64,000 nt of DNA, taken from the NCBI GenBank assembly GCA_018652045.1, contig JABICX010000005.1, positions 74,426-138,425 on the forward strand. The letters run 5' to 3'. The notes under the pieces were generated by a model. It saw only the letters and a list, made by a program, of their open reading frames with translations, was not told where the DNA came from and ran no database searches. The translations under genes were made by a program, and so were the position numbers. The stretch is from Candidatus Woesearchaeota archaeon (GTDB lineage: Archaea > Nanobdellota > Nanobdellia > UBA10117 > JABICX01). Below, in pieces: positions 1 to 9,678 of this stretch. Position 1 is the first letter of the stretch. Each line of letters begins with the position of its first letter.

Positions 1-865
1 GCGGGTCACCGTGGAAGAATCCATCTTCAAAGATCATCTTGGAGATAATATCTGCGAAGTTTTGAACAAACTCTTTACGTTCTTTTTCACCTGCGAATTT
101 GTACTTATCAATATGGTCCCCTTCTTCATAAGACATAACTAATAGTTCTTGTGTTGTGTATGTATCAAAGACTGTTGGTATGACTACTTTCTGATCTTTT
201 AGATTGTCGTAGAACTTCTTTATGTTGTTAGCTTCGAGCCGGAAATCTAGCTCTCGGAAACTCCACTCTGCAAATTCCTTGACAATTGCTACAGGGTTGT
301 AACTTGCAACTTTATCTGAATGCTTGTCTAAGAACTTCGCAGCAAATAGCATAATCTCAATATCCTGCGTCATAGTCTCTTTGACTTTAGGCTTCTGAAC
401 TTTGACTGCTACAACCTCTCCAGATCTAAGCTTTGCGCGATGTACTTGCGCAACAGATGCAGAAGCAACTGGCTTTTCTTCGAATTCCTCAAAGACGTGT
501 GATATTGGTTTGCCAAGTTCTTTCTCAACGATCTTTTTTATCTCTTTGAAGGATGTTGGTGGAACTTGTTCTTGTAGTTTCTTAAACTCGTCTGCAAACT
601 CTTTAGGTATCAGGTCAGGTCTGACACTAAGGATCTGTCCAAGTTTAATGAATGTTGGACCAAGTTTTTCTAAGGCCTTTCGCATACGGACGGGTTCAGG
701 ATCTTTTTTGATGCTCTTTAGTTTGTTCTTAATATGCTTGTGGAATTTAATACGAGATGTTAGTTTAAACTGGTTTATGTAATACTCAAACCCTTCTTCA
801 AAGAAGACATTGACTATCTCATCAAATCGTTTGATATCTTTTATCTTTTCTAATATGCTTGTCAT
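1..865 (-). CDS. ABC1/UbiB-family atypical protein kinase (N-terminal part; C-terminus lies beyond window start)
   Basis: Absent from the ORF track because it runs off the window. My minus-strand translation from ATG 865 reads MTSILEKIKDIKRFDE...LGPTFIKLGQILSVRPDLIPKEF...ASVAQVHRAKL...VAVKVQKP...EDGFFHGDP, which are the ABC1/AarF signature blocks. Its start overlaps the argF stop (ATGA). Confidence 0.75.
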   Translation of the reverse strand, partial: MTSILEKIKDIKRFDEIVNVFFEEGFEYYINQFKLTSRIKFHKHIKNKLKSIKKDPEPVRMRKALEKLGPTFIKLGQILSVRPDLIPKEFADEFKKLQEQVPPTSFKEIKKIVEKELGKPISHVFEEFEEKPVASASVAQVHRAKLRSGEVVAVKVQKPKVKETMTQDIEIMLFAAKFLDKHSDKVASYNPVAIVKEFAEWSFRELDFRLEANNIKKFYDNLKDQKVVIPTVFDTYTTQELLVMSYEEGDHIDKYKFAGEKERKEFVQNFADIISKMIFEDGFFHGDP

Positions 866-1776
866 TTCATTAGTAATACTAGTATGGCTTTCTGAACGTG
901 AAGCCGGTTTTCTGCTTGATCAAAGACAATTGAATGTGGTCCATCTATAACATCGTCTGTGATCTCATACCCCCGATGAGCAGGTAAGCAGTGCATGATC
1001 ATAACTTGTGATGGTGCGTAACTTAGGAGTTTGGCGTTGACTTGAAATCCTTTGAGCCGTCTTATCTTATTAGTACGGTCTTTTTCTTGCCCCATTGAAA
1101 CCCAGCTATCTGTGTAGATAACGTCTGCATCTTTTACTGCTTCCTTTGCGTTGTCAATGACTTTTGCAAAATGACCTGTTCTTTCCATCACTGCGGAATG
1201 TGGATGATAGTACCTCGGTGTTGCTACGGTTATCTTGACACCCAATTTATAACAGGCTTGTATTAATGAGTTACAAACATTGCTGCTACCATCACCAACA
1301 AAAACGAGGTGCCGATTTTTTAATGAACCTAGTTTTTCTTCAATCGTGTATAGGTCTGTAAGTGCTTGGCATGGATGGTTGAAATCAGTTAGGCCGTTAA
1401 TTATTGGAACTGTGGAATGATCTGCTAGTTCCAATAGATCTAAGTGTGAGTAAAGTCTGGCAACAATAGCTTCAACGTATCTTGACAAACCGCTTGCAGT
1501 ATCTTTAATCGATTCCCGGCCCTTGAATAGTTGCATCTTGTCTCCAGCGAGATCAATGCTTGTTCCACCAAGATGAGTCATACCAACCTCGAAGGATACG
1601 CGCGTTCGAGTAGACGGTTTTGCAAACAGTAACGCTAGAGTTTTGTATTTGAGATAACTATGTTGCTTGTTCTTCATCTGTTTTTTCTTGAGATGGGAAG
1701 TTAGTTTGAAAATAAGATTAATGTCTTTCCTACTTAGGTTATGTATATCAAGTAGATGTTTCGTTGATAATTTCAT
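862..1776 (-). CDS. argF: ornithine carbamoyltransferase
   Basis: Motifs STRTRVSFE, HPCQALTD, DSWVSMGQ and HCLPAHRG. There is a 4-nt overlap with the upstream carbamate kinase gene. Confidence 0.95.
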   Translation of the reverse strand: MKLSTKHLLDIHNLSRKDINLIFKLTSHLKKKQMKNKQHSYLKYKTLALLFAKPSTRTRVSFEVGMTHLGGTSIDLAGDKMQLFKGRESIKDTASGLSRYVEAIVARLYSHLDLLELADHSTVPIINGLTDFNHPCQALTDLYTIEEKLGSLKNRHLVFVGDGSSNVCNSLIQACYKLGVKITVATPRYYHPHSAVMERTGHFAKVIDNAKEAVKDADVIYTDSWVSMGQEKDRTNKIRRLKGFQVNAKLLSYAPSQVMIMHCLPAHRGYEITDDVIDGPHSIVFDQAENRLHVQKAILVLLMK

Positions 1777-2681
1777 TTGCGTATCACCGTACCTTCTTTG
1801 CCCGCCAAAGCTTTCTCTGCTTTGTCAATAGAGGTTATAACAGTTTTTTTGTTGAAGTTGATTGCTGCTTGGACCTTTGGACCCATTGATCCATGTGGGA
1901 ACATTCCTTCTGCGAGGTATGCGCGAGCTTTTGAGATACTTGTATCCTTTAGTTTCTTTTGCGAAGTCGTGTTGTAGTTAAGATAGACCGCATCTACATC
2001 AGTTAGTATTAGAAGTGTGTCTGCTTTTAGTTTCTTTGCGAGTAATGCTGCAGCTTTGTCTTTATCAATAACCGCACGAATTCCTTGGAGTTTTCCACGT
2101 TCTAGTGTTACAGGTATACCTCCGCCACCACAGCAGATTACAATAGACTCTTTTGCAAGTTGTTTGATCTGATCTATTTCGATGATATCTTGAGGATCTG
2201 GACTTGGTACAACTCGTCGAAAGCCCTTACCTGGAACTAACTTTACACGGTATTTATTCTTGAATTTTAGAGACTCTTTTCGTGAGTAGTATGGACCTAT
2301 TGGCTTTTCAGGATTCTTAAATGCAGGATCTTTTTTATCAACTAAAACTTGTGTTACAACTGTACATACTTTCTTTTTGATACCTCGCTTAGTGAACTCG
2401 TTGTGTAGGGCCTGTTGTAACATATACCCAATCTGTGCTTGAGATTCTGCACCGCAGACATCCAATGGCATCTCTGCTTTAGAGTCTGCTTCGTTTTGTA
2501 ATAAGATACTGCCGACTTGAGGACCATTGCCATGTGTGATAATAATAGAGTGTCCTTTCTTGACTAAGTTTGCGATTACTTTAGCCGTCTTCATAAGTTG
2601 CGCTTGTTGTTCTGTGTAGCTGAAGTTATGCTTAGTAGTTATCGCGTTTCCACCCAAGGCTAGCGCTATTCTCTTCTGCAT
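1773..2681 (-). CDS. arcC: carbamate kinase
   Basis: Motifs ALGGNA and ITHGNGPQVG, plus a CCGGGGIP block. I place the start at the internal Met (MQKRIALALGGNA, ATG 2681) rather than the track start at 2750. Confidence 0.9.
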   Translation of the reverse strand: MQKRIALALGGNAITTKHNFSYTEQQAQLMKTAKVIANLVKKGHSIIITHGNGPQVGSILLQNEADSKAEMPLDVCGAESQAQIGYMLQQALHNEFTKRGIKKKVCTVVTQVLVDKKDPAFKNPEKPIGPYYSRKESLKFKNKYRVKLVPGKGFRRVVPSPDPQDIIEIDQIKQLAKESIVICCGGGGIPVTLERGKLQGIRAVIDKDKAAALLAKKLKADTLLILTDVDAVYLNYNTTSQKKLKDTSISKARAYLAEGMFPHGSMGPKVQAAINFNKKTVITSIDKAEKALAGKEGTVIRK

Positions 2682-2811
2682 AGTGCAATATATAGCTTGT
2701 AGTATATATAATTTTTCTCCAGAGAATTCTATTAACCGAGTTCGGTTCAATCATATAATGTTTATTAGGGCGTAATCATTAGTCTTTTATAGGATGGACT
2801 AAATACATGTT

Positions 2812-3228
2812 ATGCATCCAAATGATAAGATTATAACCGCATTCTTCTTACTTTTCTTACTTTTGCTGACAGGCACGTTTGCATATCATAATCTTGAGGG
2901 TTGGAACTATGTTGATTCAGTTTACTTTACGGCTATGACGATTACAACGGTTGGTTATGGTGATCTTGTTCCGTCAACAGATATATCTAAGTTATTTACT
3001 GTTGCATTTTCATTTGCAGGCATATCTATCGCATTGGTAATTTTGGTATCTATTGGTGGTGAGTATTATAATAAGGAGCGTCGTCTAATGCGTTATCGAA
3101 TACAACAATATATGAACAATCGCGATATTCGTGTTAAGGAACGACTTAAGAAACAACGTAAGCGGTTAAGGAGTAGAAAAACAAGCATATCAAAACGAGA
3201 TAATGTCTTTAGCCTTTTTAACCGGTGA
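2812..3228 (+). CDS. small two-TM potassium channel with basic C-terminal tail
   Basis: Selectivity filter TTVGYGD flanked by two hydrophobic helices. Confidence 0.85.
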   Translation: MHPNDKIITAFFLLFLLLLTGTFAYHNLEGWNYVDSVYFTAMTITTVGYGDLVPSTDISKLFTVAFSFAGISIALVILVSIGGEYYNKERRLMRYRIQQYMNNRDIRVKERLKKQRKRLRSRKTSISKRDNVFSLFNR

Positions 3229-4528
3229 TTTTTTTAATAATTCTTGGAAGTCTGTTGCCAAGTTCTTTAAAGTTGTAAGATACTCTAACAGTTGGTTTGT
3301 TTATTTTTAGTAGCATATCTAATCGTATAGGTGTTCCGATGACAACTGCATCAGCAGGTATAGCATTGATTGTTGCTTGAAGTTCACTAAGTTGCTTATT
3401 TGAGTAACCTTCTGCAGGTAGGACATTTGTAAGTTGCTTAAATTTCTTGAAGACTTCTTTAAGAGATCCGCGAGCGTAAGGTCGTGGATCAACTAACTTA
3501 CAACCATATTTCTTTGCTGCGAGTGAGCCAGCACCGTAACTCATACCTCCATGTGTTAGTGTTGGTCCGTCTTCAACAACAAGAACTCGTTTCCCTTTGA
3601 TTAGTTTAGGTTTTGTTAGTGTGATGAGTGACGCACCGTCAACAATAACTGCACGAGGATTAAACTTCTTTACGTTTGTTCTGACAAGATCTATCTGAGA
3701 TTTCCTAGCAGTGTTCTCTTTGTTGATAAGTACAACATCTGCCATCATCATGTTAGCCTGTCCAGGATAGTATTTTAGTTCATGGCCAGGTCTGTGTGGA
3801 TCTACAAGTGTGATTAAAAGATCTGGTTGATAAAATGAGAAGTCATTGTTTCCACCATCCCATACAATTACATCAACTTCTTTCTCAGCTCGTTTTAAGA
3901 TCTCTTCATAGTCAACACCAGCGTATAAGATTTCACCTCGTTTGATATGTGGTTCATATTCTTCACGTTCTTCAATAGTGCAGTTGTACTTCTTTAGATC
4001 TTCATAGGTTTCATATCTTTGCCAAACCTGTTTTTTCAGAACGCCGTATGGCATTGGGTGACGTATAACTACGTATCGCTTTCCAAGTTTCTTGAGAACT
4101 TCACCAACATAACGAGTTACTTCTGACTTGCCAACACCAGTTCTAACTGCACATACTGCAATGACTGGCTTTTTAGATTTGATTTGTGTGTCTGACGGTC
4201 CTAGTAATGTAAAGCTAGCACCCGTAGATAAGACTAGCTCTGCTTTTTGCATTACATAGTCATGTGATAGATCAGAATATGCTAGAACAACTTCTTCAAT
4301 GTTGTGCTTTACAACAAGATAGCGTAATTGTTCTTCATCATATATTGGGATTCCGCGCGGATAGAGTCTGCCTGAAAGAACTGAAGGATATCTTCTGCCA
4401 GCAATACCAAAGATCTGTGTAGCTGTGAATGCAACAACTTCATATCGAGGATTGTCGCGAAAGTAGACATTAAAGTTGTGGAAGTCTCGTCCAGCAGCAC
4501 CCATAATAATAACTTTTCTTCGATTCAT
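3218..4528 (-). CDS. P-loop protein of the COG2403 / cyclic-2,3-diphosphoglycerate-synthetase-like family
   Basis: N-terminal Rossmann-like segment IIMGAAGRDFHNFN, then the P-loop-like CAVRTGVGKSEVT. Family assignment is from memory only. Confidence 0.5.
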   Translation of the reverse strand: MNRRKVIIMGAAGRDFHNFNVYFRDNPRYEVVAFTATQIFGIAGRRYPSVLSGRLYPRGIPIYDEEQLRYLVVKHNIEEVVLAYSDLSHDYVMQKAELVLSTGASFTLLGPSDTQIKSKKPVIAVCAVRTGVGKSEVTRYVGEVLKKLGKRYVVIRHPMPYGVLKKQVWQRYETYEDLKKYNCTIEEREEYEPHIKRGEILYAGVDYEEILKRAEKEVDVIVWDGGNNDFSFYQPDLLITLVDPHRPGHELKYYPGQANMMMADVVLINKENTARKSQIDLVRTNVKKFNPRAVIVDGASLITLTKPKLIKGKRVLVVEDGPTLTHGGMSYGAGSLAAKKYGCKLVDPRPYARGSLKEVFKKFKQLTNVLPAEGYSNKQLSELQATINAIPADAVVIGTPIRLDMLLKINKPTVRVSYNFKELGNRLPRIIKKITG

Positions 4529-4568
4529 ATCTAATAGAGTACGCAGATGGATAAAAGCTTTTTCTTAA

Positions 4569-4630
4569 TTGTATACTGGACTATATAAAAGTAACTTGTA
4601 TACGGTAGCAAACAGTTAGTATTTGTATAC
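4569..4630. promoter_or_regulatory. three copies of TTGTATAC (palindromic core GTATAC) spaced 27 nt apart in a divergent intergenic region
   Basis: TTGTATAC occurs at 4569-4576, 4596-4603 and 4623-4630, between divergent genes starting at 4528(-) and 4674(+). Confidence 0.5.
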
Positions 4631-4673
4631 AGGAGTAAACAATTGTTATATATCCTGGTAGCTTTTTTTCTGT

Positions 4674-7292
4674 ATGAACGTAACACGCAGTGGATACGTT
4701 AATAGAGCTGTAGCTCTAACACTACTATTCGTATTGATATCTACGGTCAGCGCTCAAACAACCGAACGTGGTCCGTACTGGAACCGAGTGACTAATGATG
4801 ATGGTACCGTCTCTCTCGAGGTTAGCGAGTTAATGAACTACAACAATGGTACTGATTATGTTCCAATTAATATCACACTGATTCAGGACTGTGAGCAAGG
4901 ATATGACTATTGTGTTGAGGCTGGTGTATATCAGGCGCAGTTTAAGCAAAGTTCTTCAGGAACTGAGATTGCAACGTACACATTTAATGATAGCTCTGTA
5001 AGTTATACTCCTTACAAATTGCAATATACTGGTAACAATAAGCAGAGTTTGATATCTAACTCACAGAATGTTATTGGTTTTGCAGAAGATAATAAGTTTA
5101 CTTATCCGGCCATTTATGGATCGGGTTTTAACCTGAGCTTTACCTACCAAGCTACTCGACTGAAGGAAGAGTTGATAATTGAAGATGAAGATGACTTGCC
5201 AGAACCATCTAATAAGTTAGGTAATGACCCGCAACTAAGTCTTGAGTTTAAGATTCGGATGGATAACTTAGACGCAGAGAATCACGGTAGTAAAGTTAAG
5301 TGGAATAAAGTAAGTGACTTTGTAGTTGATGGCAGGGTTGACTTTAAGGATTCTGAAGGGAATATATTGTTCTTCTTGCCGCAAGCGTATGCTATTGACA
5401 GTGCTGGCGAGCGAGTAGACATCTCTTACGAGTTTAAGAAGGCAGGAGTTAATCTGTTTGTAAGTATGAAGACGCCATACTCCTGGTTGGAAGATGATGA
5501 TAGAGAGTATCCTGTGTATATTGATCCAACAACTGCGCTGTCAAGTTCAGCTTCTTCAGCAGCATCTAAGAACGACAATGCTGACACAAACTTTGGTGGT
5601 CAGAACTACATAGCAGTTGGTAAGAGCCAGAGTACTTTGGGTGAGATTCGTACGTTTATTATGTTTAATGTTTCTCAGATTCCTGCAGATGTAGAGATCG
5701 ACTCTGCAAATCTGTATCTATGGCTATATGAGGATAATACTGAAAGTAATAGTCAAGTTATCAATGCACATAGAGTTACATCTTATTGGATTGAGGATGA
5801 AGTTACATGGAATGATCGTGCTACTGGTGTGGCATGGATCTCTGATGGCGGAGACTTTGACGCGAGCATCGCTGATTCTACAACGATCTCTGCTGACCCT
5901 TCTGACGCATGGTATAGTTGGGATCTTACAGCTCTAACTACTACGTGGTACAATGGCAGCTACGATAACTTTGGTATTGTTCTTAAGAAGCAGGAGACTA
6001 AGCAATGGGAGCACAGATTCTATAGTGATGAGTTTACTGCAGACCCTGGTTTGGCTCCAAAGTTGGAAGTTAATTATTCTATTATCGAAGAGATCGAAGA
6101 CGCTGATATAACTATTCCAGAAGTGAGTTTAATCTACCCTGAAAGTGGTACGTATGGTGCGCAAGTTACTGCGTTGAACTACACTGCATCTGATGTTAAT
6201 TTAGAGTCATGTTGGTGTTCTACAGATAATGGTGCCACAAATATAACTATGACGTGTGGTCAGAATGCGACTGGTTTGGATAGTGTGGATGGAAGTAACA
6301 TTTGGATGGTCTGGGCAAATGACTCCACAGGTAATCAGAATTCATCATCAGTTACATTTATAGTTGATACAACCGCACCACATATAACTATTGATTCTCC
6401 AAATGGTACATATAACACAAGTACTATGGATTTGAACTACACAGTTACAGATCTGCAAGAGGTCAACTGTACATACAATGTGAGTTCTTTAGTTAATGAC
6501 TCTGTTGTGTCAGACACTGCGCTTGAAGGTTGTAATAATATAACTTTTAATGTTACTGACGGTAACTATACGCTGTATCTTACTGCCGAAGATGCAGTAG
6601 GTAATCTTGCTAATCAGTTTGTGAACTTTACGGTCTTGCTTCCAGTTAATACTACTGACGCCACGAATACTACAAATACCACCAATACAACCGATACATC
6701 GACACCACCTCCAGCAGATTCCAGTAACAATAACAATCGTAATGATAATGCGGTAGAAGAGAATGATACTGTTGAGGAAGAAGATGAAGTGGATGATGCG
6801 GTGTGTGTTGAAGACTGGAGCTGTTCAGATTGGGGAAACTGTATTGCTGGCGTGCAGATACGTGATTGTACTGAAGCCAATAGTTGTGGAACAACCTTAG
6901 ACAACCCAGTTGAGGTACAAGAATGTAAGATAGATCACTGTATTGATAATATACAAAACTCTGATGAAGAAGGTGTTGACTGTGGTGGAGATGATTGCGA
7001 TGCTTGTGAACAAGAGTCTGGCTTTTACAGATTAACTGGAGCGTTGCTAGAGATACCTGATGTAGCAGTTAGTAAGTCTGGAGCTGCATATGTCTCCATC
7101 TTATTGGTGGGTCTGTGTGGAATGTATATTACGATTAACTCTTATCGTAAGCTGCCTAAACATAAAAGAAAGTTACGATCACAGATGCCATTCCGGCGAG
7201 GAAAGGTTATCGACTTTTCAAATAGTAAGCGACGTAGAGTAGACAATTGGAAGCGCAATCTTCATAGAAAATTTAAAGAACGTCTAGCTTAA
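4674..7292 (+). CDS. large secreted/anchored surface protein (signal peptide, DNRLRE/CBM96-like module, Ig-like repeats, Thr-rich linker, Cys-rich module, C-terminal TM anchor)
   Basis: N-terminal hydrophobic signal. The block DNADTNFGG...FNVSQIP...ANLYLW...VTWNDR resembles a DNRLRE domain. There is a TNTTNTTNTT linker, a hydrophobic C-terminal helix with a basic tail, and very many N-x-S/T sequons. Confidence 0.7.
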   Translation: MNVTRSGYVNRAVALTLLFVLISTVSAQTTERGPYWNRVTNDDGTVSLEVSELMNYNNGTDYVPINITLIQDCEQGYDYCVEAGVYQAQFKQSSSGTEIATYTFNDSSVSYTPYKLQYTGNNKQSLISNSQNVIGFAEDNKFTYPAIYGSGFNLSFTYQATRLKEELIIEDEDDLPEPSNKLGNDPQLSLEFKIRMDNLDAENHGSKVKWNKVSDFVVDGRVDFKDSEGNILFFLPQAYAIDSAGERVDISYEFKKAGVNLFVSMKTPYSWLEDDDREYPVYIDPTTALSSSASSAASKNDNADTNFGGQNYIAVGKSQSTLGEIRTFIMFNVSQIPADVEIDSANLYLWLYEDNTESNSQVINAHRVTSYWIEDEVTWNDRATGVAWISDGGDFDASIADSTTISADPSDAWYSWDLTALTTTWYNGSYDNFGIVLKKQETKQWEHRFYSDEFTADPGLAPKLEVNYSIIEEIEDADITIPEVSLIYPESGTYGAQVTALNYTASDVNLESCWCSTDNGATNITMTCGQNATGLDSVDGSNIWMVWANDSTGNQNSSSVTFIVDTTAPHITIDSPNGTYNTSTMDLNYTVTDLQEVNCTYNVSSLVNDSVVSDTALEGCNNITFNVTDGNYTLYLTAEDAVGNLANQFVNFTVLLPVNTTDATNTTNTTNTTDTSTPPPADSSNNNNRNDNAVEENDTVEEEDEVDDAVCVEDWSCSDWGNCIAGVQIRDCTEANSCGTTLDNPVEVQECKIDHCIDNIQNSDEEGVDCGGDDCDACEQESGFYRLTGALLEIPDVAVSKSGAAYVSILLVGLCGMYITINSYRKLPKHKRKLRSQMPFRRGKVIDFSNSKRRRVDNWKRNLHRKFKERLA

Positions 7293-7333
7293 AACTAACG
7301 CTAGACAAAGACCGCAAGTATATATGTTGTAAT

Positions 7334-7552
7334 TTAACTATTGTCCTTTTTGACAGATTGCATTAATATAAACCGAACGTCTTCCACTGTCATCAGCTGT
7401 TCATTTGCTAAATATACATAGCCGTATAGAACTGCAAATTCTTCTTCAGTTATCTTATTTCGTATAAGTAGAATCTTTAGTTCGTCAATTAACTCCACGA
7501 TTTCTTCGGGAGCATCTAAGATCGGTCTTCGATCTACAAGCACACTCATCAT
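7334..7552 (-). CDS. hypothetical small protein
   Basis: ORF only; no motif recognised. Confidence 0.35.
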   Translation of the reverse strand: MMSVLVDRRPILDAPEEIVELIDELKILLIRNKITEEEFAVLYGYVYLANEQLMTVEDVRFILMQSVKKDNS

Positions 7553-7705
7553 TTTGCACCTCCTTTTTACCGGGATATACCCTGGTTTTTAGACATTGGC
7601 CTACACTGGTGGGTGGCTTTGGTGGCCAACGTCCTATAACTATATAGGTAGCCAATATATATAAAGATAGATGTTGTGGTAACCAGTAGTGTCTAACAAT
7701 AAAGG

Positions 7706-7718
7706 TAAGCTTTATAAG
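7706..7718 (+). promoter_or_regulatory. BRE/TATA promoter motif (TAAGCTTTATAAG)
   Basis: Matches the recurrent AAAnCTTTATAAG motif and lies about 30 nt upstream of ATG 7745. Confidence 0.55.
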
Positions 7719-7744
7719 TTTTTACTGTCTTTAAGTATTAGAAC

Positions 7745-8371
7745 ATGAAACCTTCAGAGATCAGACAAGCAGTAATTGATTATATCTCTTCTAAAGCGGA
7801 TGATGGCGTTCTAGCTTCTGAAATCGGACGCACACTAAATGTTAATCGGCATACTTTAGCAAAACACTTAGATATCCTTAATGGTCAGGATATTCTGATT
7901 TATCGAAAGGTTGGTATGGCAAAGCTGTGGTTTATTAACCGAGCTCCGTTTTCTAGTGTCCTAGATACGGACAAGACGGATTCGGTATTGAGTACAATCT
8001 TCCAAGAGGTTGTTAACAAGACCCACAACTTCTTGTTTGTTGTTGATAAGGGATACAATATCATCTACATGAATAAGGCAGCTAAGGAGCGTTTTGGTAA
8101 TCATACTGGTCAGGTCTGTTATAAAGCTCTACTAGGTACTAATAGTCCTTGTAAGAAGTTCTGCGTAGTTAATGAGTTCTTAAAAACAAATAAAGAAGGT
8201 AGGCAAGAACATACAACAACTGTAGCTGGCAAAAGCTACAAAGTTACAGGTTTTACTATTAAGAATCCAGATGGAAGTCTTAGTGCGGTTGAGATTGCTA
8301 ACGATATAACTCGAGAGAAAGAACTAGAAGAAGAGTTAAAAGAAATAAGAAAAATACTAAATAAGAAGTAG
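7745..8371 (+). CDS. winged-helix + PAS-like domain transcriptional regulator
   Basis: N-terminal wHTH-like segment (LASEIGRTLNVNRHTLAKHLDIL), then a PAS-like core (FLFVVDKGYNIIYMNKAAKERFG) with a Cys cluster. Confidence 0.55.
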   Translation: MKPSEIRQAVIDYISSKADDGVLASEIGRTLNVNRHTLAKHLDILNGQDILIYRKVGMAKLWFINRAPFSSVLDTDKTDSVLSTIFQEVVNKTHNFLFVVDKGYNIIYMNKAAKERFGNHTGQVCYKALLGTNSPCKKFCVVNEFLKTNKEGRQEHTTTVAGKSYKVTGFTIKNPDGSLSAVEIANDITREKELEEELKEIRKILNKK

Positions 8372-8372
8372 T

Positions 8373-8738
8373 TTATTTGATCTCTAACAAAGTTATCTTA
8401 AAGTTCAACACTTTTCCAGCTAATGGACCTGCAGTGTAAGCATCTTCACCTTCTAAGACAACTTCTTTAGTCTCTCCAACTTCCATACCTGTTGCTGATT
8501 TGTCGAATCCAGGTATAACCTGTCCAGCTCCAACTGTGAACTCAAAAGGACCTCTTCCTTCTGAAGTATCAATCTGCTCACCATCAACAGTTAGCCAGTA
8601 ATCTACTTTTACAGTGTCTCCATCTTTTACAACCATTGTTTCACCTCCATCTGTGTCAGGTACATCAGTACCTTCACCTAAGCAGCCACTCACAAGAAAG
8701 AGTGCTACTATGATACCAAAAACATAGTATGTTTTCAT
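8373..8738 (-). CDS. FKBP-type peptidyl-prolyl isomerase, probable lipoprotein
   Basis: Motifs VKVDYWLTVDG and GAGQVIPGFD. The internal Met gives the signal MKTYYVFGIIVALFLVSGC (lipobox-like). The track start at 8801 is probably too long. Confidence 0.8.
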   Translation of the reverse strand: MKTYYVFGIIVALFLVSGCLGEGTDVPDTDGGETMVVKDGDTVKVDYWLTVDGEQIDTSEGRGPFEFTVGAGQVIPGFDKSATGMEVGETKEVVLEGEDAYTAGPLAGKVLNFKITLLEIK

Positions 8739-8797
8739 AACCTGTGCTAAAAGATTAGAACTTTTAAGTGTTCTGCTTCTGAAGGGCCATACCCCCT

Positions 8798-8980
8798 TCA
8801 ACTTCCTCCGCTGCGCTCCCCCTCACGCTGAAGCCACTTACTTACTAGCCAAGCAACAAGGAGAACTAGTACCGTTATCCAATAGCGGCCAGTTCCAAAA
8901 TACTTGAACTGCAAGATCATGGTTGTTAGAACGATCACCAATAGAATTGCTAGAAGCGCTTGTTTGACTTTCTTTTGCAT
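8798..8980 (-). CDS. small two-TM membrane protein
   Basis: Two hydrophobic segments; ORF only. Confidence 0.35.
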   Translation of the reverse strand: MQKKVKQALLAILLVIVLTTMILQFKYFGTGRYWITVLVLLVAWLVSKWLQREGERSGGS

Positions 8981-9030
8981 GCTAACTCAAGCATATAAAG
9001 ATATTTAACTATTTCTGCCCTTTCTTTAGT

Positions 9031-9648
9031 ATGAGTTCGAAAGAGGCTTTGATAGAGAAGCATAAGCGTCAAGGTGCGCTGAAAACTCCTGACGTGATAA
9101 GAGCTTTTGAGAGAGTTCCTAGAGAGAAGTTTGTTGCAAAGGATTATCAGCATTATGCCTATATAGATGAGCCACTGCCGTTGTTTTCAGGTCAGACGAT
9201 TTCTCAACCATATACTGTTGCCATCATGACTGAGGCTCTGGAATTGAGTCAGAGTCAGAAGGTGCTTGAGATTGGTACTGGATCAGGCTATCAAGCAGCC
9301 ATTATATCTGAGATTATCGGTCCAAGAGGTAGGTTATATACTATAGAACGTATTCCGAAACTGCATGAGTTTGCTACAGAAAACCTTGCTCATTATGATA
9401 ATGTCACTCTTGTTCTGGGCGATGGAATAAAAGGACTTCCCGATAAGGAACCTTTTGATCGAATTATTGTGACTGCTGCTGCAGATGGTCTGCCTCAAGA
9501 GTTGTTTGATCAGCTTAGGGAGAATGGTAAAATCGTTGTACCTACTACAGATCATAAGCTTCTAGTTGTGACAAAGGTAAAAGACGTGCCGATTGTTCAG
9601 AATCTAGGTTCATTTGTTTTTGTTCCCTTGGTTGAAGGCGAGGGGTAA
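9031..9648 (+). CDS. pcm: protein-L-isoaspartate O-methyltransferase
   Basis: Motifs GQTISQPYTVA, VLEIGTGSGYQAA and DRIIVTAAA. Confidence 0.9.
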   Translation: MSSKEALIEKHKRQGALKTPDVIRAFERVPREKFVAKDYQHYAYIDEPLPLFSGQTISQPYTVAIMTEALELSQSQKVLEIGTGSGYQAAIISEIIGPRGRLYTIERIPKLHEFATENLAHYDNVTLVLGDGIKGLPDKEPFDRIIVTAAADGLPQELFDQLRENGKIVVPTTDHKLLVVTKVKDVPIVQNLGSFVFVPLVEGEG

Positions 9649-9658
9649 GCTTTTAAAT
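9645..9658 (+). promoter_or_regulatory. BRE/TATA promoter motif (GTAAGCTTTTAAAT)
   Basis: Lies about 25 nt upstream of ATG 9679 and overlaps the pcm stop codon. Confidence 0.45.
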
Positions 9659-9678
9659 CTAAAAAGCCATACTATTGT

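Noticed and set aside
402-782. 126-aa plus-strand ORF in the track
   Set aside because: It lies entirely antisense to the clearly recognisable ABC1-kinase gene on the minus strand, so it is a shadow ORF.
7553-7744. A 190-nt intergenic region with an imperfect hairpin (GACATTGGCC...GGCCAACGTC) that might be a small ncRNA
   Set aside because: No recognisable RNA family signature (C/D box, SRP or RNase P motifs). The stems are short and imperfect, so the evidence is insufficient.
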